From Octopus vulgaris (taxonomy: Eukaryota): a DNA stretch of 64,000 bases. Shown one piece after another: positions 53,946 through 64,000 of this stretch. Under the pieces are notes generated by a model. That model saw only the letters and a program-made list of their open reading frames with translations. It was not told the origin of the DNA and searched no databases. Every line of letters begins with the position of its first letter. Within the stretch, counting starts at the first letter, position 1. The position numbers and the translations under genes were made by a program. The stretch spans positions 56,730,001-56,794,000 of the forward strand of contig OX597821.1 of the NCBI GenBank assembly GCA_951406725.2, written 5' to 3'.

Positions 53946-55695
53946 ATTTTTTATTACCCACTAAGGGGCTACGAAGAGTGCCGGACATAACAAAACATGG
54001 GGACACAGAACATTATAATTAAATTTTATGAACATGAAGTGTTAAACGAAAAAAATGATAAAATGAAAGCGACACCAACGGCCCCGTCCGTCAGCATCAC
54101 TTACCTGTCCTTTGTTTTTCATAGTCACTTGAATGTTCTTTGCCAATATGAATAAATTCCATATCCATTCTTACTCCGAAATACTCATTCATATTTTCCA
54201 CGAATTCATCGCTCATTCTTATATCTTTCACCTCCCAATTTTCCTTTTCACACCTCCCCATAAACTCACCTATGTTCTTTTTTTCAATCACAGCATACCT
54301 AGTCTCTCCAACATCATACCGTTTATACTCTTCCATTAGACTTTTAACTTCCCTCTGTTCAGTCATAGTACAAATGTACGGCCTGGGTTCGATTTCAATC
54401 TCTTGTGTGTGTGTATTCTTTTTTTTTCTTTTGTTTTCTTGTTGGTGGGGAGCGGGTGGGTTCAATGTCTGCATGGATAGGGTGGGACTCAGAGGGTGTG
54501 GGAGGTTTTGGGGTAGATTGGAGTTCCATATTATTTTCTTTTTTCCACATATTCTTCTCTTCCTCTTACTTCCAGCTTCCTTCCATGTCTGTGTATTCTC
54601 TTCCTCTGTTTCCTTCTCCTCTGGTTTCTGCTTCTCTCTCTCTGGTTCGGGATCCATTTCTTTCCCTGGGGGAGGGCAGAAGGCTCTTATGTGACCCCTC
54701 AGGCCACACTTGTAACAACGTGGAGCCCTGCCCTCCACCCACACTCTCATGATCACTTCTCCCAGTCTGATGCTTTCCGTCAGGTCCACCAGTACCTCGG
54801 TCTCTGCCTGTACGTTCAGCTCCACTGTTACTCCTCTCCAGCCCTCGGACTTAACCGAGGCATGGAGAATATCACTTCGTCCTCGTGGCCGCTGATCACA
54901 GCCGCCACAATCCATTCTGCCTCCACGTTTGGTGGCACTCCCTCCACCCTTATTCGTGTAATCCTCCTGTTTAAATACGTAGGTAACAGTGTTACCTTTT
55001 CCGACTTCACCGCCTTCGCTGCCATCTTCCTCGCTGCAGATTCACTTTTAAAGTGCACAACTACGGTCCCGTACTTGGATCCTCGAGTCAGAAAATTTAT
55101 TTCCTCCTCAGTTCTTCGCAGGGCTTCCTGTATCCATTCCATGGTTACAACTTCTACCCTCTTCCTTTCGTTTGCGAACACCCTGTAAACAATGGTCCTC
55201 TTGTCATACCATTCTTTTCTCCTGGGTGTCGGTGACAGTTCCACCTCACCGCTTTCCTTTTTCATGTATTTCTGGTAACTTGGCAACTTGGCCATGTCGA
55301 CCCCTTTCTCTTCCGCCTTCTTGGTTACACCGGCATAGGTATAACCCAGCTTCTTTCCAATTCCCTTGCTGCCATATCTAGCTCCTTCTCAGACATAGGC
55401 AAGTCTGATAAAGACTCAAAAACTCCAGCCTTTTCCTCCATCAGCTTCACTGCAATTGCCTGTTCCAGTTCCTCATCCGTCGTGGATAAGTCTGTTAGCG
55501 ACTCATAGTCCATTTCCTTCTGTCTGACAGACCGAAAACGGCCGCCAAAACAGAAAAAGTGTAACGCGCTGAACGAGCGAAACGCGAAACCGCGTCAACG
55601 CCGTTCAGAATTTCCACAACAACAACAACGCTTTTTGTTCTTTTTTACCGAATTTCAGGAGCCGAAAAAAACACGACCTTTTTTCTCTACATTGT
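53946..55695 (-). mobile_element. Array unit 2 (subfamily A); ORF 54097-55513 broken by about 3 frameshifts
   Basis: Fragments 55325-55513, 54828-55295 and 54097-54915 are highly similar to unit 1. Confidence 0.88.
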
Positions 55696-57437
55696 ATTTC
55701 TTTATTACCCACTAGGGGCGACACAGAAGTGGACACCAAAAGACATGGGGACATAGAACATTATAATTAGAATTTATGAAAATGAATTGTTAAACGAAAA
55801 AATGATTAAATGAAAGCGATACCAACGGCCCCGTCCGTCAGCATCACTTACCTGTCCTTTGTTTTTCATAGTCACTTGAATGTTCTTTGCCAATACGAAT
55901 AAATTCCATATCCATTCTTACTCCGAAATACTCATCCATATTTTCCACGAATTCATCGCTCATTCTTATATCTTTCACCTCCCAATTCTCCCTTTCACAC
56001 CTCACCATAAACTCACCTATGTTCTTCTTTTCAATCACAGCATACCTAGTCTCACCAACTTCATACCATTTATACTCTTCCATTAGACTTTTAACTTCTT
56101 TCTGTTCAGTCATAGTACAAATGTACGGCCTGATATCGAATTCAATCTCTTGTCTGTGTGTGTATTCTTTTTTTTTTTCTTTTGTTTTTTCTTGTTGGGG
56201 GGGAGCGGGTGGGTTCAATGTCTGCATGGATAGGGTGGGACTCAGAGGGTGTGGGTGGTTTTGGGGTAGATTGGTGTTCCATATTATTTTCTTTTCCACG
56301 CATTCTTCTCTTCCTCTTATTTCCAGCTTCCTTCCATTTCTGTGTATTCTCTTCCTCTTCTACTGTCTCCTTCTCCTCTGGTTTCTGCTTCTCTCTCTGT
56401 GTTTCGGAATCCATTTCTTTCCCTGGGGGAGGGCAGAAGGCTCTTATGTGACCCCTCAGGCCACACTTGTAACAACGTGGAGCCCTGCCCTCCACCCACA
56501 CTCTCATGATCACGTCTCCCAATCTGATGCTTTCCGCCAGGTCCACCAGTACCTCGGTCTCTGCCTGTACGTTCAGCTCCACTGTTACGCCTCTCCAGCC
56601 CTCGGACTTAACCGAGGCATGGAGAATATCCACTTCGTCCTCGTGGCCGCTGATCACAGCCGCCACAATCCATTCTGCCTCCACGTTTGGTGGCACTCCC
56701 TCCACCCTTATTCGTGTAATCCTCCTGTTTAAATACGTAGGTAACAGTGTTACCTTTTCCGACTTCACCGCCTTCGCTGCCATCTTCCTCGCTGCAGACT
56801 CACTTTTAAAGTGCACAACCACGGCCCCGCACTTGGATCCTCGAGTCAGAAAACCTACTTCCTCCTCAGCTCCTCGCAGGGCCTCCTCCATCCATTCCAT
56901 GGATACAACTTCTACCCTCTTCCTTTCGTTTGCGCACACCCTGTAAACAATGGTCCTCTTATCATACCATTCTTTTCTCCTGGGTGTCGGTGATAGTTCC
57001 ACCTCACCGCTTTCCTTTTTCATGTATTTCTGGTAACTTGGCAACTTGGCCATGTCGACCCCTTTCTCTTCCGCCTTCTTGGTTACACCGGCATAGGTAT
57101 AACCCAGCTTCTCTTCCAATTCCCTTGCTGCCGTTTCTAGCTCCTTCTCAGACGTAGGCAAGTCTGATAAAGACTCGAAAACTCCAGCCTTTTCCTCCAT
57201 CAGCTTCATTGCAATTGCCTGTTCCAGTTCCTCATCTGTCGTGGACAAGTCTGTTAAAGACTCATAGTCCATTTCCTTCTGTCTGACAGACCGAAAACGG
57301 CCGCCAAAACAGAAAAAGTGTAACGCGCTGAACGAGCGAAACGCGAAACCGCGTCAACGCCGTTCAGAATTTCCACAACAACAACAACGCTTTTTGTTCT
57401 TTTTTACCGAATTTTACAGAGCGCAAAAAAACGTATG
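55696..57437 (-). mobile_element. Array unit 3 (subfamily A)
   Basis: Same termini as the other units; ORFs 56142-57272 and 55844-56299. Confidence 0.88.
55844..57272 (-). CDS. ORF1/Gag-like CCHC protein, frameshifted near 56165-56205
   Basis: Near-identical to the unit 1 protein. Confidence 0.8.
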
Positions 57438-59109
57438 ATTTTTTATTACCCACAAGGGGCCAACGAAGAGGGGGACATTACAAGACATGGGGACATGGAA
57501 CATCACAATTACATATATATGAGCAAAATGGAATATGAAAATGATATATGAGAGCGATACCGACGGCCCCATCCGCCAGCATCACTTGTCTGTCCTTCTT
57601 CACCCATTTTCAATTAGTATTCCTGTTTCACCTATCACAACATTCGTTTTTCTTTTAGCCCTCTCTATCCATTCATCTTTCATTTCCACTGACTTCCAAC
57701 ACACACCCTCTTCCTCAAACCTTGTCGCCAATATACCCGTATCCTCACTATCCACAGCCGTGTAGCTCCAATCTTCGTGTTCGTACCACTTGGTTAACAC
57801 CAGTTTTTTAACGTTTTGTATGTCTTTCCCTTGTATAACACATAAAAAATGGGTCTTGGGACTTTCTTTGCTCTGTGTGTCTGTTTTTGTTTTTCTTGTA
57901 GGCGGGGAGTGGGTGGAATCACTGTTTGCAGGGGAAGGATGGGACTCCAAGGGTATGGGTGGTGTCGGGGTGGGTTGGGGTTTCGCACAGTTTTTCTTTT
58001 TCTTTCTCTTTCTCTTTGTTCCCACTTCTTTCCACTCTTGTTGCATCTCCTCTTCTTCTGTCGTTTCCTTCTCTGTTTGTTTCTGTTTATTTTCTTCCTC
58101 TCCTGAGGCTTCCTCAACGCTTTCCTTTTCTTTTTCCTTTGGTGGGGGAGGGCAGTAGGCTCTTATGTGACCCCTTTGGCCACACTTGTAGCACCTGGGC
58201 ACCCTACCCTCCACCCACACTCTCATAATAATATTTCCAGTTTTTATGCTGTCCGTAATCCTCTCTATAACATCCGCCTCCGCTTGAATGTTCATAACTA
58301 GTGTGGCACCTCTCACGCCTTCATACTTCATAATGGCGTGGAGGATGTCCACTTTATCTTCATTTCCTTTTATAACCGCAGCCGTTATTAATTCGCCCTC
58401 TAGGTGTGGAGGTATTCCCTCCACCCTAATTCTAGTTGTCCGCCTATTCAGATACGAGGGTAACAAGTAAATCTTTTCTGTACTCACCACCTTGGCTGCT
58501 ACATTCCTGGCTGCTTTTTCGCTTTTAAATTGCACCGTTATCGTTCCGTATTGTAATCCTTTTGTCATGTACACAATTTCCTCTCCTGTCTGCTTGAGAG
58601 CCTCTTCAATTGCTTCCATGTTGATTACTTCCATCTTTCTACCTCCATTCATAAATACTTTATATTTAATGGTTCTACGATGGAACCAGTCTCCGCGCCC
58701 TACTGGATGCAGCAGCTCGACTTCACCGTTCTCGTCCTCCTTCACAAACTCCTGGAGGCCCGCCAACTTAGCCAAGTCTATCTCTCTTTCCGTTTACTTC
58801 TTCGTTACACATGCGTAGGTGCCTTCCATCTTTTTCACCGCCAACTCCTCCTCAGATGTCGATACTTCCGTCGAAATTTCAGAGTAAATTCTCCCTTCCA
58901 TCTCCTCCGCTTGATGGAGGCGGCTCATAGTCGCCTCCGGCCGAGAAACGGCCTCCCGAACCGAAAAAGTGTAACGCGCAGAACCAGTGAGACGCGAAAC
59001 CGCATCAACTACGTTCAAAATTTTACAACAACAACCATTCACTTTTTGTTCTTTTTTCTTTTTACCGAATTCCACAGAGAGCAAAAAACACGGAGCCGAA
59101 AAAACGCAT
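57438..59109 (-). mobile_element. Array unit 4 (subfamily B)
   Basis: Same terminal motifs; 5' UTR recognisably related to A; divergent ORF. Confidence 0.88.
57600..58928 (-). CDS. ORF1/Gag-like CCHC protein B (CYKCGQRGHIRAYC); in-frame TAA at 58794-58796 separates the N-terminus (MSRL..TYACVTKK) from the 391-aa remainder
   Basis: ORF 58794-59171 is in frame with ORF 57600-58775; homologous to A (TYAGVTKK, LLP.YLNRR, IMRVWVEGR.PRC). Confidence 0.8.
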
Positions 59110-60862
59110 ATTTCTTTATTACCCACTAAGGGGCTACGAAGAATGGCGGACATAACAAAACATGGGGACATAGAACATTATAATTAAACTATATGAACAT
59201 GAAGTGTTAAACGAAAAAAATGATAAAATGAAAGCGATACCAACGGCCCCGTCCGTCAGCATCACTTACCTGTCCTTTGTTTTTCATAGTCACTTGAATG
59301 TTCTTTGCCAATACGAATAAATTCCATATCCATTCTTACTCCGAAATACTCATTCATATTTTCCACGAATTCATCGCTCATTCTTATATCTTTCACCTCC
59401 CAATTCTCCCTTTCACACCTCCCCATAAACTCACCTATGTTCTTTTTTTCAATCACAGCATACCTAGTCTCTCCAACATCATACCGTTTATACTCTTCCA
59501 TTAGACTTTTAACTTCCCTCTGTTCAGTCATAGTACAAATGTACGGCCTGGGTTCGATTTCAATCTCTTGTGTGTGTGTATTCTTTTTTTTCTTTTGTTT
59601 TCTTGTTGGGGGGGAGCGGGTGGGTTCAATGTCTGCATGGATAGGGTGGGACTCAGAGGGCGTGGGTGGTTTTGGGGTGGATTGGAGTTCCATATTATTT
59701 TCTTTTCCATGTATTCTTCTCTTCCTCTTACTTCCAGCTTCCTTCCATTTCTGTGTATTCTCTTCCTCTGTTTCCTTCTCCTCTGGTTTCTGCTTCTCTC
59801 TCTCTGGTTCGGGATCCATTTCTTTCCCTGGGGGAGGGCAGAAGGCTCTTATGTGACCCCTCAGGCCACACTTGTAACAACGTGGAGCCCTGCCCTCCAC
59901 CCTCACTCTCATGATCACTTCTCCCAGTCTGATGCTTTCCGTCAGGTCCACCAGTACCTCGGTCTCTGCCTGTACGTTCAGCTCCACTGTTACGCCTCTC
60001 CAGCCCTCGGACTTAACCGAGGCATGGAGAATATCCACTTCGTCCTCGTGGCCGCTGATCACAGCCGCCACAATCCATTCTGCCTCCACGTTTGGTGGCA
60101 CTCCCTCCACCCTTATTCGTGTAATCCTCCTGTTTAAATACGTAGGTAACAGCGTTACCTTTTCCGACTTCACCGCCTTCGCTGCCATCTTCCTCGCTGC
60201 AAATTCACTTTTAAAGTGCACAACTACGGTCCCGTACTTGGATCCTCGAGTCAGAAAATTTATTTCCTCCTCAGTTCTTCGCAGGGCTTCCTCTATCCAT
60301 TCCATGGATACAACTTCTACCCTCTTCCTTTCGTTTGCGCACACCCTGTAAACAATGGTCCTCTTATCATACCATTCTTTTCTCCTGGGTGTCGGTGATA
60401 GTTCCACCTCACCGCTTTCCTTTTCCATGTATTTCTGGTAACTTGGCAACTTGGCCATGTCGACCCCTTTCTCTTCCGCCTTCTTGGTTACACCGGCATA
60501 GGTATAACTCAGCTTGTCTTCCAATTTCCTTGCTGCCATTTCTAGCCCTTCTCAGACGTAGGCAAGTCTGATAAAGACTCGAAAACTCCAGCCTTTTCCT
60601 CCATCAGCTTCACTGCAATTGCCTGTTCCAGTTCCTCATCCGTCGTGGACAAGTCTGTTAGAGACTCATAGTCCATTTCCTTCTGTCTGACAGACCGAAA
60701 ACGGCCGCCAAAACAGAAAAAGTGTAACGCGCTGAACGAGCGAAACGCGAAACCGCGTCAACGCCGTTCAGAATTTCCACAACAACAACAACGCTTTTTG
60801 TTCTTTTTTACCGAATTTTCAGGAGCCGAAAAAAAAAAAAACACGGTGCCGAAAAAAACGCG
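59110..60862 (-). mobile_element. Array unit 5 (subfamily A)
   Basis: Same termini; the 5' motif is present twice. Confidence 0.88.
59262..60676 (-). CDS. ORF1/Gag-like CCHC protein A; 425 aa open through the C-terminus, with a 1-bp deletion near 60546 detaching the MDYESL N-terminus
   Basis: ORF 59262-60539; the upstream ATGGACTATGAG matches units 1-3. Confidence 0.82.
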
Positions 60863-62657
60863 ATTTTTTTATTACCCACAAGGGGCCACGAAGAGGGGGA
60901 CATGACAACACGGGACATGGGGTACATAAAGTAAAAATAAAATATGAAGTAAAAGATGAATTTATATGTAATGAGATGGAACGGCTTACGAACCCCCAAC
61001 TCGCAGTTCCGTTTAAAATACAATTATACATTTCATATATTCCAGTTCAAAATGCAATTTTACAGTTACATATATTCCAGTTCACAGTACAATAATTTTA
61101 CAATTTTACATGTTAACATTACATATATTCCTGTTCAAAAACACAACTTTACATCAAATAATTTTACAAGTAACAATTCTAATTCTTTTACATTAGACAC
61201 TCGTCCGTCATATAATCCAATAGGTCCGTTTGATCTATTACATCTGGTAATTTATCATACCGTACATAATGCATTATATGCATAGCATGATATATCTTTT
61301 TTAATTTTGTGTATGTCTCCTTGTCTATAATGACGCCTTTTACATCTTCACCATACAGTTTTGGGTTCACCTTCACCCTGACCAACCCTTTCTTACCTAC
61401 AAGTCTCTTTTCCACTTCTGTATTCTTGATATACATCACAACTGCCTTCAAGTTTTTTCCTGTAGGCCTTCTTCCATATTTACACGATTCCAATTGTTCG
61501 TTCACTCTTGTCTCCCATTCTTGTTCAAACTCTGTCCTTGGTCGCTCTCTCACCTTTTCTTTTACTTCCTGTTCTTTTTTCTCTTCTCTCTCTTCTGCTA
61601 TCTTGCTTTTGATTTTTTTCTTTTTTATATCTTTCGGTGGTGATTCCACCCTTGATCTCTTCTTGTCTTCTGTTTTTTCCTCTTCTGCACTTGCTCGTTC
61701 TTCCTCATTTAACTGCTCCTCCATTTGTGTTTCCTCCGCTTTCGCTTCCTCCACACACGCTTCTTTACACTCCTCTATCACAACCTCTGGTGCTTTTGTT
61801 TTTTCTCGCGGGCACACATCCTTCATGTGGCCCCTCGATTTACAGTTATAGCAAATTGGGGGTCTTCCCTCTACCACAACTCGGAGCCGTGTTTCGTCAG
61901 GGTAGACCAACTCCTCCGGGATGTTGTACAGGTCTCGCACGGTTATGTGTGCCAGAACCTGCACCGTATATCCCCACCACTTCACCTCTGCTGACTTCTC
62001 CACCTTCAGTACCTCCACATCATCCTTGCAGTTAAACAGCACTGCTGCCAGCAACCTTTCCATATTAAATTCGGGTGAGATTCTATTGATTCTCATCCTC
62101 ACTGCTCTCCTTCCGCAGTAACTTGGTAGCAAAGTCCACTTATCCGATTTAAAAATTCTTGTAGCGTTCTTTTTTGCCTCCTCTTCTGTTTTAAAATACA
62201 CCACTACCGTGGCATACTTCCTTCCTCTTTTAAAAAATGCTGGTTCACCCTCAATTTCCTTCAGACACCTTTCCACTTCTTCCATTTCCGCTACTTCAAT
62301 CTTCTTCGACTCCACGCACCACGTCCTGTACGTTATAGTACGCTTCTCTGCACTGCTTTCCTCCTCCTCGGACGGTGTGACTATCACACAGTCACCCTCC
62401 TCTTTAAACTGTCGAAATACTTCTGTAAAGTCTTCTGTTCGACCATCACCTCCTCCATTTCCAGTTCACCGGCAACCAGGCCTCTGCCTGCCGCTCGCGC
62501 GTAAGTCTGCTCTTGCATTTTCAAGAAAAATTATTCCACGTCCTCCAACGAACTCGAACTCACAACCTCTTTACTCGAAATAAACACACCAGAATAAACA
62601 CACCAGAATAACTCCAACTAACTAACTCAAAAAAAACACGGGAGCCGAAAAAACGCG
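60863..62657 (-). mobile_element. Array unit 6 (subfamily C)
   Basis: Same 3' tail and 5' motif; different UTR bodies and a strongly diverged ORF. Confidence 0.88.
61188..62518 (-). CDS. ORF1/Gag-like CCHC protein C (CYNCKSRGHMKDVC); probable ATG at 62518 with a -1 frame break at 62402-62408
   Basis: 399-aa ORF 61188-62387 shares KRG.KYATVVV.FK, LLPSY.GRR and RVVVEGRPP.C; the upstream frame MQEQTYARAA..LQKY matches A-type TYAG..YQKY. Confidence 0.78.
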
Positions 62658-64000
62658 ATTTTTTTTATTACCCACAAGGGGCCACGAAGAGGGGGACATT
62701 ACAAGACGGGACATGGGGTACATAAAGTAAAAATAAAATATGAAGTAAAAGATGAATTTATATGTAATGAGATGGAACGGCTTACGAACCCCCAACTCGC
62801 AGTTCCGTTTAAAATACAATTATACATTTCATATATTCCAGTTCAAAATGCAATTTTACAGTTACATATATTCCAGTTCACAGTACAATAATTTTACAAT
62901 TTTACATGTTAACATTACATATATTCCTGTTCAAAAACACAACTTTACATCAAATAATTTTACAAGTAACAATTCTAATTCTTTTACATTAGACACTCGT
63001 CCGTCATATAATCCAATAGGTCCGTTTGATCTATTACATCTGGTAATTTATCATACCGTACATAATGCATTATATGCATAGCATGATATATCTTTTTTAA
63101 TTTTGTGTATGTCTCCTTGTCTATAATGACGCCTTTTACATCTTCACCATACAGTTTTGGGTTCACCTTCACCCTGACCAACCCTTTCTTACCTACAAGT
63201 CTCTTTTCCACTTCTGTATTCTTGATATACATCACAACTGCCTTCAAGTTTTTTCCTGTAGGCCTTCTTCCATATTTACACGATTCCAATTGTTCGTTCA
63301 CTCTTGTCTCCCATTCTTGTTCAAACTCTGTCCTTGGTCGCTCTCTCACCTTTTCTTTTACTTCCTGTTCTTTTTTCTCTTCTCTCTCTTCTGCTATCTT
63401 GCTTTTGATTTTTTTCTTTTTTATATCTTTCGGTGGTGATTCCACCCTTGATCTCTTCTTGTCTTCTGTTTTTTCCTCTTCTGCACTTGCTCGTTCTTCC
63501 TCATTTAACTGCTCCTCCATTTGTGTTTCCTCCGCTTTCGCTTCCTCCACACACGCTTCTTTACACTCCTCTATCACAACCTCTGGTGCTTTTGTTTTTT
63601 CTCGCGGGCACACATCCTTCATGTGGCCCCTCGATTTACAGTTATAGCAAATTGGGGGTCTTCCCTCTACCACAACTCGGAGCCGTGTTTCGTCAGGGTA
63701 GACCAACTCCTCCGGGATGTTGTACAGGTCTCGCACGGTTATGTGTGCCAGAACCTGCACCGTATATCCCCACCACTTCACCTCTGCTGACTTCTCCACC
63801 TTCAGTACCTCCACATCATCCTTGCAGTTAAACAGCACTGCTGCCAGCAACCTTTCCATATTAAATTCGGGTGAGATTCTATTGATTCTCATCCTCACTG
63901 CTCTCCTTCCGCAGTAACTTGGTAGCAAAGTCCACTTATCCGATTTAAAAATTCTTGTAGCGTTCTTTTTTGCCTCCTCTTCTGTTTTAAAATACACCAC
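62658..64000 (-). mobile_element. Array unit 7 (subfamily C), cut by the window edge; essentially identical to unit 6
   Basis: ORF 62984-64000 translates identically to the matching part of 61188-62387 (offset 1796 bp). Confidence 0.9.

Noticed and set aside
60845-60870. Junction ATCGCGTTTTTTCGGC as a U2 snRNA 5' end (Keno/Tx1-like target)
   Set aside because: Resemblance to ATCGCTTCTCGGCC is short and gapped, and no further U2 sequence follows.
52360-63917. Plus-strand ORFs overlapping the array
   Set aside because: Antisense shadows of purine-rich ORF1 coding sequence (Ser/Phe/Leu-rich), repeated only because the units are repeated.
52172-64000. LTR retrotransposon/endogenous retrovirus gag array, or a proven telomeric array
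   Set aside because: No LTRs, primer-binding site, protease or pol are visible. There are no TTAGGG tracts or chromosome end in the window, so the HeT-A comparison is only an analogy.

Overview
AT-rich, microsatellite-dense eukaryotic DNA. The SINE families and repeat landscape suggest a cephalopod (octopus-like), which is an inference. I see no host protein-coding gene. The left end (1-5.7 kb) is a 22-bp satellite that grades into 9- and 10-bp repeats. The middle (6-51 kb) is a patchwork of decayed transposons: Tigger/pogo, mariner, two Penelope-like GIY-YIG pieces, RTE, CR1-like, R4/Dong-like, Helitrons, MITEs and tRNA-derived SINEs. It also holds hammerhead-like motifs and a ~4-kb nested inverted repeat. 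The standout feature is at the right end (52.2-64 kb, continuing past the window): a spacer-less head-to-tail array of at least 7 units of 1.7-1.8 kb, from three divergent subfamilies (order A-A-A-B-A-C-C). Each unit encodes only an L1/Tx1-ORF1-like (Gag-like, single CCHC knuckle) protein with no reverse transcriptase. All units share short 5' and 3' terminal motifs, and the 3' tail is also shared with a local SINE subfamily. A solo relative at 42.7-43.7 kb sits inside a SINE with an 8-bp target-site duplication (TSD), indicating that this ORF1-only family retrotransposes in trans.
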